DNA of 64,000 nucleotides, from positions 49,427 through 113,426 of the forward strand of contig JABGXP010000010.1 of assembly GCA_018675685.1 (NCBI GenBank), given 5' to 3'. Below the pieces are notes generated by a model. That model ran no database searches and was not told where the DNA came from. It saw nothing but the letters and a program-made list of their open reading frames with translations. Position numbers and translations under genes: made by a program. Numbering within the stretch: the first letter of the stretch is position 1; every line of letters begins with the position of its first letter. Below are positions 38,737 to 47,633 of the stretch, one piece after another. The DNA is from a bacterium (lineage in GTDB: Bacteria > Patescibacteriota > Minisyncoccia > Moranbacterales > DUUL01).

Positions 38737-38795
38737 ATGAGATATTAGTTGGAAGACTAAGAGTATTTTTTAGTAGTACATTACAATTAGAAACT
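38737..38795 (+). promoter_or_regulatory. Conserved ~60-bp leader element, copy B (upstream of the cdsA-like gene)
   Basis: ATGAGATATTAGTTGGAAGACTAAGAGTATTTTTTAGTAGTACATTACAATTAGAAACTG is similar to copy A. Confidence 0.5.
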
Positions 38796-38849
38796 GATTT
38801 TTAAAGGAAGATCAATAAAGACATCAATAGACTTTGAAAGGAGGAGTTT

Positions 38850-39503
38850 ATGGAAATTGCAACAAACAATCGTTTGAAGGGGGCAATTGGCAGATGGAAA
38901 TTGGCAATTTGGTTGCCAGTCATTTTGTTTTGTTATTATTATGAGCTTATGCCAATCTTTCTGTTTGTGGTTATTGTAGCAGGAATGTATGAGATTAGAA
39001 TTCGGAGCGTGTTTGTTACGAATTGGTCAGTCATAGCATATTTTCATCTTGCTGGATTGTGCTGGCTCTTTATTATGCCGGAAAAAGAAATCTGGTTTAT
39101 TGTTATGGTTGTTATTATCAACGATGCTTTCGCGTATTATGGGGGAAGTTTTCTGAACTTCGCGCGGTTTATGCGAATGAAGATTTCTACTGTAAGCCCA
39201 AATAAAACTCTAGGGGGACTGATATACGGAGTTTTTGGCGGTATTTTAATGGCAATTTTACTTTTCAAATTCTATGATTATCCACCAAGATATATCTGGT
39301 TTGCCTTTCTCTTGTGTTTGGCAGGTGATGTGGGAGATTTATTGGAAAGCGGATTTAAAAGATTCTGTGGTATTAAGGATTCTGGTGATGGTCTGTTTAC
39401 AAAAAGATTACTTTGTGGACATGGTGGCGTCTATGACAGGTTCGATGCCTTGGCGTTCGTATGCCACTACTGGATGATAATAACTCTTTTGAAGTTCAAC
39501 TAA
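38850..39503 (+). CDS. CdsA-family cytidylyltransferase (phosphatidate cytidylyltransferase-like), short form
   Basis: C-terminal signature SGFKRFCGIKDSGDGLFTKRLLCGHGGVYDRFDA matches the CdsA family pattern (S..KR....KD.G...P.HGG..DR.D). Strong SD GGAGGAG. Confidence 0.65.
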   Translation: MEIATNNRLKGAIGRWKLAIWLPVILFCYYYELMPIFLFVVIVAGMYEIRIRSVFVTNWSVIAYFHLAGLCWLFIMPEKEIWFIVMVVIINDAFAYYGGSFLNFARFMRMKISTVSPNKTLGGLIYGVFGGILMAILLFKFYDYPPRYIWFAFLLCLAGDVGDLLESGFKRFCGIKDSGDGLFTKRLLCGHGGVYDRFDALAFVCHYWMIITLLKFN

Positions 39504-39525
39504 ACAAACCTATGGAGGTGAGAAA

Positions 39526-40578
39526 ATGACAAAGAAAAAAGAAACGACCTACAAGGATGCTGGTGTGGATATTGACAAAGGAGATGAATTTGTCGATCTA
39601 ATCAAGGGAAAATTGGCCACAACATTTCCACTTCTTTCAACAGGAGAAGTTATCACAGAGCTTGGAGGTTTCAGCTCCTTAGTAGAATTGCCAGATGGTA
39701 GAATCATTGCTCTCACAACTGATGGTGTGGGAACAAAATTGATGATTGCAATTCTTTTGGATAGACACAACACTGTTGGTATTGATCTTGTCGCAATGTG
39801 CGTCAATGATTTAATCGTAGGCGGAGTTATGCCAGGTGTCTTTATTGACTATATGGCTTTAGGGAAGTTGTTTGTGGATAAAGCGGTTTCATTGGTTGAC
39901 GGCATGGTCGAGGGCTGTCGTCAGTCGCAATGCGCTATGATTGGTGGTGAAACAGCTGAATGTCCTGGACTGTATGGTCCTGAAGAATATGACCTAGCTG
40001 GATTTGCTGTTGGATTTGCCGATTCTCGCAAGAAATTGATTATGGGAGATAAAGTACGTCCAGGGATGCATGTCTATGGGCTTCCGTCTTCAGGCTTACA
40101 TTCCAATGCCTTCAGTCTAGTACGGAAGATTTTCGGTATTAACCTGGATACTCCAGTTGCCTCAATCAAAGCTTTAAATGAAGTGATTCCAGCACTGGGG
40201 CATAACATTACATTGGGAGAGGAGCTTCTTCGACCAACCAGAATCTATGTCCAAGAAGTTGCAAAATTGATGCAAAAATATACTATTGCTGGCATGGTGA
40301 ACGTCACAGGCGGTGGGTTGAAAGAAAATCCTCCACGCATAATGCCAGAGGATTGCTCAATGAATATTTATCTTGACACTTGGAAGCCACAGCCCATTTT
40401 CTCTTTGATTCAGAAACTGGGAAATGTTTCCCAAGCAGAAATGCTCAAGGCAACCAACTACGGCATCGGATATATGATTATTTCACCAGATGAAATAACT
40501 GATAGTGACATTGTCAAAATAGGTGAGATTGTCGAGTATGATGGTAAAAATGTTTTTTTTAAAGACAAAAAAGATTAA
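39526..40578 (+). CDS. purM: Phosphoribosylformylglycinamidine cyclo-ligase (AIR synthetase) PurM
   Basis: YKDAGVDIDKGDEFVDLIKG...TDGVGTKLMIAILLDRHNTVGIDLVAMCVNDLIVGG. SD GGAGGTGAG. Confidence 0.9.
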   Translation: MTKKKETTYKDAGVDIDKGDEFVDLIKGKLATTFPLLSTGEVITELGGFSSLVELPDGRIIALTTDGVGTKLMIAILLDRHNTVGIDLVAMCVNDLIVGGVMPGVFIDYMALGKLFVDKAVSLVDGMVEGCRQSQCAMIGGETAECPGLYGPEEYDLAGFAVGFADSRKKLIMGDKVRPGMHVYGLPSSGLHSNAFSLVRKIFGINLDTPVASIKALNEVIPALGHNITLGEELLRPTRIYVQEVAKLMQKYTIAGMVNVTGGGLKENPPRIMPEDCSMNIYLDTWKPQPIFSLIQKLGNVSQAEMLKATNYGIGYMIISPDEITDSDIVKIGEIVEYDGKNVFFKDKKD

Positions 40579-40601
40579 AGTTGGTGTTCTTCTAACAGAA
40601 A

Positions 40602-40632
40602 CCTCCGTAGCTCGAAATTCGAGTTACGGAGG
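40602..40632. terminator. Bidirectional terminator hairpin sharing a core with the 32029..32056 hairpin
   Basis: CCTCCGTAGCTCG-AAATT-CGAGTTACGGAGG. Same inner AGCTCG/CGAGTT with the same G-U wobble position as the hairpin at 32029..32056, different outer stem. Confidence 0.55.
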
Positions 40633-40664
40633 CTTTACTTTGCTTGTGAGAAAATATCCAAAGT

Positions 40665-40865
40665 TTATTCAGAAAGTTCTTCGTATTTTCCCTCTAAATT
40701 GAAAGTCAGGACCTCAAGTGCTTTTTCGTCAGCCCCAATTGCTTCAATTAGAAGTGTTGCAGTTTCGTCATCAACTTCACTCACTGCATTTCCCCAGATA
40801 TTTTTTTGCTCCTTTGTGAGCGTTGAATTATTTATGATTTCTAAAAGCTCAGCTTCCTTTTTCAT
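40665..40865 (-). CDS. Hypothetical small acidic protein (66 aa)
   Basis: ORF only. No recognisable family. Confidence 0.35.
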   Translation of the reverse strand: MKKEAELLEIINNSTLTKEQKNIWGNAVSEVDDETATLLIEAIGADEKALEVLTFNLEGKYEELSE

Positions 40866-41020
40866 AAGAATAAAAGTTAGATTTTTTAGTACTCCTTTTA
40901 TAGCATATCAGGATTATTTAACAAGATTGAAATTTGCCAAAATAAAGGAGTCACTATAAAGACAAAAAAATGACAAACTTTTCAAGAGTTTGTCATTTTT
41001 AACCATTATGAATCAAAGGT

Positions 41021-41209
41021 CTATTCATCTTCCCGGGTAACTGATATTGCTCCAACTGGGCAACCAACAGCAGCCTTCATTGTACAAGGGAATTCTTTTT
41101 GTGAAATTGGTGACGACTTCCCTTCATCATTTGTTTGAAATGATTCTGGACAATTTGCTACACAAGTTTGACATCCAATGCAAAGATCTTGGTTTACTTC
41201 AATTTTCAT
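41021..41209 (-). CDS. fdx: 4Fe-4S ferredoxin (single cluster)
   Basis: CIGCQTCVANCP ... CPVGAI. Four-Cys ligand set. 62 aa. Confidence 0.8.
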   Translation of the reverse strand: MKIEVNQDLCIGCQTCVANCPESFQTNDEGKSSPISQKEFPCTMKAAVGCPVGAISVTREDE

Positions 41210-41362
41210 TTTGATAGTTTAAAAAATTATCAATCCTATATTCTTTATTATATAGAACTATTCTTTTAATTCCAAGTTTGTGACAAAAACAAAAGATTGA
41301 GTTAATATGTTATAGTGATAGAGAAAAAAGCAAAATAACATAGAATTTAAAAATAAAGACAG

Positions 41363-43615
41363 ATGTCAAAATTGATTGATGGATTGAATGAGAAACAAAA
41401 AGAGGCTGTTCTTCAGACTGAAGGGCCTGTACTTATTCTTGCTGGTGCAGGGTCTGGAAAGACCAGAGCTCTGACTTTTCGTGTTGCATATTTAATTAAA
41501 GAAAAAGGAATACACCCTAAAAATGTCCTAGCCGTGACTTTTACAAATAAGGCAGCAGGCGAAATGCTGTTGCGAGTCAAAGAACTTTTAGAGTTACCAG
41601 CGGAAGCTACAATTTTTTCTTCAAAAGTTCCACATGTGGGAACTTTTCATTCTATTTGTGTGAGAATTTTGCGACGTGAGATTGAGCGCCTTGGTTTTGA
41701 GTCTAAATTTGTGATTTATGATGATCAAGATCAACTAGCACTAATGAAGCGCGTAATGCGTGAAACAGGGGTTTCACAAGAACAAATAAAACCAAAGGCA
41801 ATCCTAGGGGCAATTTCAAATGCAAAAAACAAACTTATTGATGCTAAGCTTTTTGAGGAGCAACAAGGAAGCTATTTTGAAGAAACTGTTGCCAAATGCT
41901 TTTTGAGATATGCGAAGGAACTGAAGCAAGCAAGCGCCTTAGATTTTGACGACATTATCCTCTTTACAGTCAAATTGATGCAAGAGAACCCTGATATATT
42001 GAAAAAATATCAGACGATGTTTCGTTATATCATGGTGGATGAATATCAGGATACAAATCATGCTCAATATACCTTGCTCAAGATGCTAGCAAAGGGCCAC
42101 AATAATCTTTGTGTTGTTGGTGATGATTGGCAGTCAATCTATGGTTGGAGGGGAGCGGATGTTCAAAATATTTTGGATTTCGAGAAGGACTATCCTGATG
42201 CAAAAATTGTTTTATTGGAACAAAATTATCGAAGTACACAAAACATTTTGGATGCAGCGCACCAAGTGATTTCCAAAAATGTGAACAGGAAAGAAAAGAA
42301 CATGTGGACAGAGAATGATAATGGAAACTTACTAACGCTTTTCGAGGCTAAAAATGAAAAGAGTGAAGCCAATTTTGTTACAGAGGAGATATTGAAACTC
42401 AAAAAAGAACTAAAGCATAAATTTGATGATTTTGCAGTACTGTATCGAACAAATGCACAATCACGAGCAATGGAGGAGGCTTTTATGAAAGCTGGGATCC
42501 CATATAAAATTATCGGTGGAATGAAGTTCTACCAGAGAAAAGAAGTGAAAGATGTTCTGGCGTATCTGTTTTTTGTACACAATACAAAAAATAAAATTGG
42601 CTTTTCAAGAATTATCAATACTCCAGGGAGAGGAATTGGTGATAAGACAGTAGAAAAAATTATTTCCTTAGGAGAAAAAATGGAAGGCGATCTACTACTT
42701 GCGATTGAAAAAATTGCAAAAGCAACTGACTCTCGTGAATTTGGGATTCCGCCTTCAAAAGCCAAGGAATTACAGAAATTCTATGAGTTAATGGGAGAGT
42801 CTTTAGTCGCGTCTCATTCAAAAACCGTAGCAGAGTTGATTGAAAAAATTTATAGGGATAGTGGCTATGAAAAAATGTTAGCAAAGGAAGGAGAGGAAGG
42901 GCAAGTGCGGCACGAAAATGTACAAGAACTCCTAACTGTAGCTAGAAAATTTGATAAACACGAGAATGGTCTAGAGGCGTTTTTAGAGGAGGTTACCTTA
43001 GTCTCTCAAACTGACAATGACTTGGGAATAACTGAAGTTGTTCCTTTTATGACACTTCATAGTGCCAAGGGGTTGGAGTATGAATCTGTTTTTATCGTTG
43101 GAATGGAGGAGGGTCTCTTGCCACACTCCAGAGCAACAATGAATGAGAGCGAGATGGAAGAGGAGAGAAGACTTTGTTATGTGGGAATCACAAGAGCAAA
43201 ACAAAAAGCTCATCTTGTTTATACAATGACAAGAAATATTTATGGCTCTACTCAAATTTCAGTGAAGTCCCGATTCATTGATGAAATTGAACCCGAATTA
43301 TTTGAACAGCGATATGATGAAGAGGTGGCTGACGATGATTTTTTTCGAAGTGAAGCTGTAATTGATCAAGGAATCAACGACTACTTTGGAGTAAAGCAAG
43401 GATTTATAAAGAGACCGACTAGTTTCGCTTATAAGCCCAAAAAGAAAAAGCAGGAAAAAAAGAGGTCAGATTTCAGCGATGGAGAAAGTGTGAAACATTC
43501 AGAATTTGGAACGGGAATGATCGTCTCACAAGACAAAAAAACTTTTAGTGTTGTTTTTCCAACGGCAGGTTTGAAAAAATTGGCAAAAGGAGTGGCTCCA
43601 TTGGAAAAGGTCTAA
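41363..43615 (+). CDS. pcrA: ATP-dependent DNA helicase PcrA/UvrD
   Basis: LNEKQKEAV, Walker A AGAGSGKTRAL, and the UvrD helicase motifs through motif VI. Length 750 aa. Confidence 0.95.
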   Translation: MSKLIDGLNEKQKEAVLQTEGPVLILAGAGSGKTRALTFRVAYLIKEKGIHPKNVLAVTFTNKAAGEMLLRVKELLELPAEATIFSSKVPHVGTFHSICVRILRREIERLGFESKFVIYDDQDQLALMKRVMRETGVSQEQIKPKAILGAISNAKNKLIDAKLFEEQQGSYFEETVAKCFLRYAKELKQASALDFDDIILFTVKLMQENPDILKKYQTMFRYIMVDEYQDTNHAQYTLLKMLAKGHNNLCVVGDDWQSIYGWRGADVQNILDFEKDYPDAKIVLLEQNYRSTQNILDAAHQVISKNVNRKEKNMWTENDNGNLLTLFEAKNEKSEANFVTEEILKLKKELKHKFDDFAVLYRTNAQSRAMEEAFMKAGIPYKIIGGMKFYQRKEVKDVLAYLFFVHNTKNKIGFSRIINTPGRGIGDKTVEKIISLGEKMEGDLLLAIEKIAKATDSREFGIPPSKAKELQKFYELMGESLVASHSKTVAELIEKIYRDSGYEKMLAKEGEEGQVRHENVQELLTVARKFDKHENGLEAFLEEVTLVSQTDNDLGITEVVPFMTLHSAKGLEYESVFIVGMEEGLLPHSRATMNESEMEEERRLCYVGITRAKQKAHLVYTMTRNIYGSTQISVKSRFIDEIEPELFEQRYDEEVADDDFFRSEAVIDQGINDYFGVKQGFIKRPTSFAYKPKKKKQEKKRSDFSDGESVKHSEFGTGMIVSQDKKTFSVVFPTAGLKKLAKGVAPLEKV

Positions 43616-43782
43616 TTTATAAATTAGCTGAGTTGGGCAGAAAAACCTTGAGTTTTTTTGCCTTTTTGTTAAGATAACTGGAAGCATTTGCTTCATCGTG
43701 TGTTCTTTGAACAATCTAACGTTTTGCCAGTATAAATTTTTCAGAACTTTTTTCTTTTTTAATACTAAGGAGGGTAGATATT

Positions 43783-44448
43783 ATGGATAATATCCTGGCT
43801 GTTGTTACGACTATTTTGTGTTGGCTATTTGTTTTTGCAGTAGAAAGAAAGGTAAAAGACAATGGAAAGAGTCTAAGACAATTGATTCTACGTTATAAAT
43901 ACGTGCTACATCCCAATGCAATTACCATAGGAGCTCTTATTTTAGCCTTGATTTCAATGCGTTTGTATCATTTGCAATTTCCACGTTTGGCAATCATCCT
44001 TTTTTTAATTGCAGCTTTCGCTGATGCAATTGATGGAGTTATTGCTCGTGGAACGGGACTTGTGACTTCGCTGGGAAAGGAGATAGACCCTCTTTGTGAC
44101 AAAATTAAATATTTCATCCCCTTGATTTATTTTGCTTATCAAGGCTTATTGTCGAAAGAATTGGTTATTATACTTTTCTTGATTGATGTAACTGGTCAAT
44201 TACTAAGAAGAAGTGTTTCGTGCATCAATAAGAATTTTAAACTTAAATTCAAAATTGCCTCGAATGGTTTCGGAAAGATTAAAACAATTCTAGCATTGTT
44301 ACTAGTAGTTTATTGTTGCTTATTACAACAACGAAGTGGTGTACCGGATTTTGCTAACCACATACTATTTATTGTTTTGATCTTAGCCACTCTTTCTGTC
44401 GTTTTCAAATTTGTGAAAAATAAAGCGACGAAAGAAAGACTTGTATAG
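43783..44448 (+). CDS. CDP-alcohol phosphatidyltransferase (PgsA-like)
   Basis: DAIDGVIARGTGLVTSLGKEIDPLCDKI matches D-G-x2-A-R-x8-G-x3-D-x3-D. Confidence 0.75.
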   Translation: MDNILAVVTTILCWLFVFAVERKVKDNGKSLRQLILRYKYVLHPNAITIGALILALISMRLYHLQFPRLAIILFLIAAFADAIDGVIARGTGLVTSLGKEIDPLCDKIKYFIPLIYFAYQGLLSKELVIILFLIDVTGQLLRRSVSCINKNFKLKFKIASNGFGKIKTILALLLVVYCCLLQQRSGVPDFANHILFIVLILATLSVVFKFVKNKATKERLV

Positions 44449-44615
44449 TAGACAAAGTTAATAAGAAAGGCTTTTGAGAAGCATTAAAAAGGATTGGAGA
44501 AAAAACTTCAGTCCTTTTTTACTAGATATTTTTTAGAGTAATAATTCAAAAATTAAATGAGATATTTTTTCTAGTAAAAGCATTAAGGGTTTCTATTCAC
44601 CATATGCTTATAAGT

Positions 44616-44664
44616 AAAAAATAAGAGTGCCGAACTTGAAACTTCAAGTTCGGCACTTTATTAG
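44616..44664. terminator. Bidirectional intrinsic terminator
   Basis: Perfect 14-bp stem GTGCCGAACTTGAA-AC-TTCAAGTTCGGCAC flanked by A-run and T-run. Confidence 0.7.
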
Positions 44665-44696
44665 ATAGGGAAGGAGAAGGCCCTATCCAGACTGTC

Positions 44697-45359
44697 TTAG
44701 TCACAGCAGACGCGATTACGTCCACATTTTTTTGCTTTGTACAAATTTTCATCTGCTTCACTCATAAGGGCAGGTAGCGACTGCTCTTTATCGCGCAGAG
44801 TCGCCACACCTAAACTCAGAGTTAAAATTTCGGAAGCATCAGAATTGGAATGGGGAATTTCAAGTTTTTCAATGGCTAAGCGAGCTCTTTCTGCCATAAC
44901 TTGAGCACCTGCTTCATCAGTGTTGGCAAGAATAAAGACAAATTCCTCCCCTCCATATCTTGATAAGGAGTCAGCAGGACGATGCAAGGTGTCTTTGAGC
45001 GCCATCGCAACATTTTCGAGCGCCTCATCTCCTTTTTGATGTCCGTAAAGATCGTTATATTTCTTAAAATAATCAATATCGATCATTACAATAGACAGGG
45101 GTTCATTCCGCCGTAAAGATTCACGGAATTCTCGTTTTGACTCTTGATCAAAGAATCTCCTATTTGAAACACCCGTTAGTCCATCAATCGTTACGAGAGA
45201 CTCAAGTCTTTTGTTTTCCTCCTCTAGCTGGATTATATAGGCCAGTGATCCATCTAACCGCTTTTCTGTCTTGGCTAGTTTTTTTGCAAAGGATTTAATG
45301 ATCTTTCGCAATTTCTCTACTAATAAGTCGACATGTGGTAATCTTGACTCCTTTGCCAT
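44697..45359 (-). CDS. Diguanylate cyclase (GGDEF domain) with N-terminal coiled coil
   Basis: GLTGVSNRRFFD, the GGEEF active site (RYGGEEFVFIL), and an I-site-like RPAD motif. SD AAGGAG. GC-richer than background. Confidence 0.9.
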   Translation of the reverse strand: MAKESRLPHVDLLVEKLRKIIKSFAKKLAKTEKRLDGSLAYIIQLEEENKRLESLVTIDGLTGVSNRRFFDQESKREFRESLRRNEPLSIVMIDIDYFKKYNDLYGHQKGDEALENVAMALKDTLHRPADSLSRYGGEEFVFILANTDEAGAQVMAERARLAIEKLEIPHSNSDASEILTLSLGVATLRDKEQSLPALMSEADENLYKAKKCGRNRVCCD

Positions 45360-45569
45360 AGTAAGCTCCTTTAGTGAAGGTGTTTTCTGATTTGTACAAA
45401 TAAATAAAATGAACTGGTATGCTTTTAATCATAGCATGTTTAAAGATATTTGTCAATAGTTATATGCAAATAAAAATCACTAGAAAGCTCATTTGTTTGA
45501 CTAAGGATTAGACTCTAAAAAAGTGTTTTAAAGCATTGTTTTTTAGGAATTATTTGTGATATACTTTCA

Positions 45570-46556
45570 TTGATGAAAATGAAAAGACTGGTATGGATTA
45601 TTGTATTTATTTTGATTGGATGGCTGATTTGGAATGGATCAGTGGCTTTATTTAATGAAAAACGTAAAATTTCTTTTTTTGGAGAAAAACTAATTACTGT
45701 GAATGATGATGGTTTGGTTTACCAAATTTTGTCTGATGCTAAAAATATCGCTGAATTTGAAAAAAAACATAAACTTAGATCGAGCGAAAACGATTTAATT
45801 TACCCAAATAAAAGCGAGAGACTCTTGCCAGGTATGATTGTGGAAGTTTGGCGCAATAGAAAAGTGAAAATTGAGGTTGACGGAAAAGAGATTGAAAAAA
45901 ACACTTTTGCTAAAACTGTCGAGGAAGCTCTTGCTGATGCAGACATCTTTGTGGGACGTTTGGATGTAGTAGAGCCATCTAAGTTGGAAACAATAGATAA
46001 CAGTAAGGAGATCGTTGTGACTAGAATTAATGTTGAAAACATAACCATTGCAAAAAAAGTTGACTTTGAAACAATTGAAAAGAATGACAAAAAACTGCAA
46101 TGGATGAAAAATAAAATTGAACAAGCGGGCGAAAAAGGTGAGAGAGTTGTTGAATATCAAGTAACCTATAAAAACGGTAAGGAGGTTTCAAGGAAAACTC
46201 TTTCCTCTGAAATTACAAAAAAACCAGTAACTGAAATTGTTAGAATTGGAACAAAGATCAACTTTGGAAAATCTCACACTGGATGGGGAACATGGTATGA
46301 CCAGGGACCCCATCCGAAACTTAGAGCAAGATATCCATTTAAAGGAGATATGTTTGCTGCAAGCCCTTGGTTGCCGCTTGGGAGTTATGCTAAGATCACG
46401 AACAAAGCCAATGGAAAGGCTATTATTGTTAGGATAAATGACCGTGGACCCTTTGGAGAAAATAGAATCATTGATCTACATAAACCTGCATTTACGGCAA
46501 TAGCCTCCCTGGGAGCAGGAGTACTAGAAGTAAAAGTGGAAGAAATTTTGCAATAA
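45570..46556 (+). CDS. RlpA-like lytic transglycosylase family protein (TM + G5-like + DPBB domain)
   Basis: C-terminal GWGTWYDQGP...AIIVRINDRGPFGENRIIDLHKPAF is the RlpA double-psi beta-barrel signature. A middle G5-like beta domain. Confidence 0.7.
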   Translation: MMKMKRLVWIIVFILIGWLIWNGSVALFNEKRKISFFGEKLITVNDDGLVYQILSDAKNIAEFEKKHKLRSSENDLIYPNKSERLLPGMIVEVWRNRKVKIEVDGKEIEKNTFAKTVEEALADADIFVGRLDVVEPSKLETIDNSKEIVVTRINVENITIAKKVDFETIEKNDKKLQWMKNKIEQAGEKGERVVEYQVTYKNGKEVSRKTLSSEITKKPVTEIVRIGTKINFGKSHTGWGTWYDQGPHPKLRARYPFKGDMFAASPWLPLGSYAKITNKANGKAIIVRINDRGPFGENRIIDLHKPAFTAIASLGAGVLEVKVEEILQ

Positions 46557-46637
46557 ATTTAATAACGAGTAATTTCCCATGCTTAAGAAGAAAATGATAT
46601 ATTCCTTGAGCGCATTTAAGAATTTAAAAACCCCAGA

Positions 46638-47525
46638 ATGATAACGAGAAAGGAAAAGAGGAGAGAATTCAAAAACAAGAACCAAAAAGATAAGTTTTCT
46701 CAGAACTTTCCCCAAGCCAAAAAATCCTTGGGGCAGAATTTTTTAAATGATGAGAAATTTCTTAACTTAATTGTTGAAACAGCAAATTTAAAAAAAACCG
46801 ATAATGTTCTGGAAGTTGGACCAGGAACAGGACTTTTAACTGATAAACTGGAAAGAGCTCCCAAAAAAGTAATTTGTATTGAAAAAGATCGAAGAATGGT
46901 TAAATATTTAGTTGCAAAGTATGGATTGAATAAGGAAAAACAAAAAGAGCAAAAAATTGAAATTATAGAAGGTGATATCTTAGAAATAGACTTGCCTAAA
47001 TTTTTGAAGGAAAGAAACTTTGGTGACTATAAAGTTGTCGCTAATATTCCCTATTATATAACAGGAAAGCTTTTACGTTTATTGTTGGAAACAGAAGTTC
47101 GGGCAAAGTCAATCGTTCTTTTAATTCAAAAGGAAGTCGCTGAGCGAGTTTGTAGCGAGTCTGGCTCCATGAACATCCTTGCAGTGTCAGTTCAGTATTA
47201 TGCAGACATTCGATTAGTTGCAGTTGTTCCAAGAGAGGTGTTTAGTCCGATACCGAAAGTTGATTCAGCCATCATTCATGCGACACCTTTTTTGAAAGAA
47301 AGAGAGAGTGTAGAGCTTGAAAAAGGATTTTTCAAGGTTGTGAAGAGTGGATTTTCTAGTCCGAGAAAAAAATTGTTGAATAATTTGGCTTCTGGATTAA
47401 AACTAGAGAAGGACAAGTTAACCTTTATTTTCTCTGAATTTGGATGGGATGAAAATGTGCGAGCCCAAAATCTGTCTATTAAACAATGGAAGGAGTTAAG
47501 AGATAAAATTTCAAAAAATTTCTAG
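46638..47525 (+). CDS. rsmA: 16S rRNA (adenine1518/1519-N6)-dimethyltransferase RsmA/KsgA
   Basis: KKSLGQNFLNDEKFLNLI, SAM motif VLEVGPGTGLLT, and NIPYYIT. Confidence 0.9.
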   Translation: MITRKEKRREFKNKNQKDKFSQNFPQAKKSLGQNFLNDEKFLNLIVETANLKKTDNVLEVGPGTGLLTDKLERAPKKVICIEKDRRMVKYLVAKYGLNKEKQKEQKIEIIEGDILEIDLPKFLKERNFGDYKVVANIPYYITGKLLRLLLETEVRAKSIVLLIQKEVAERVCSESGSMNILAVSVQYYADIRLVAVVPREVFSPIPKVDSAIIHATPFLKERESVELEKGFFKVVKSGFSSPRKKLLNNLASGLKLEKDKLTFIFSEFGWDENVRAQNLSIKQWKELRDKISKNF

Positions 47526-47633
47526 ACGTAGAATCAATCACAGAGAAGAGGCCCAGCCAATTTTTAATTTACCCAATAATCTTCCATTATGCTATAATGG
47601 AAGCATAAAAAAATACATAAAATTGATCTAGTC

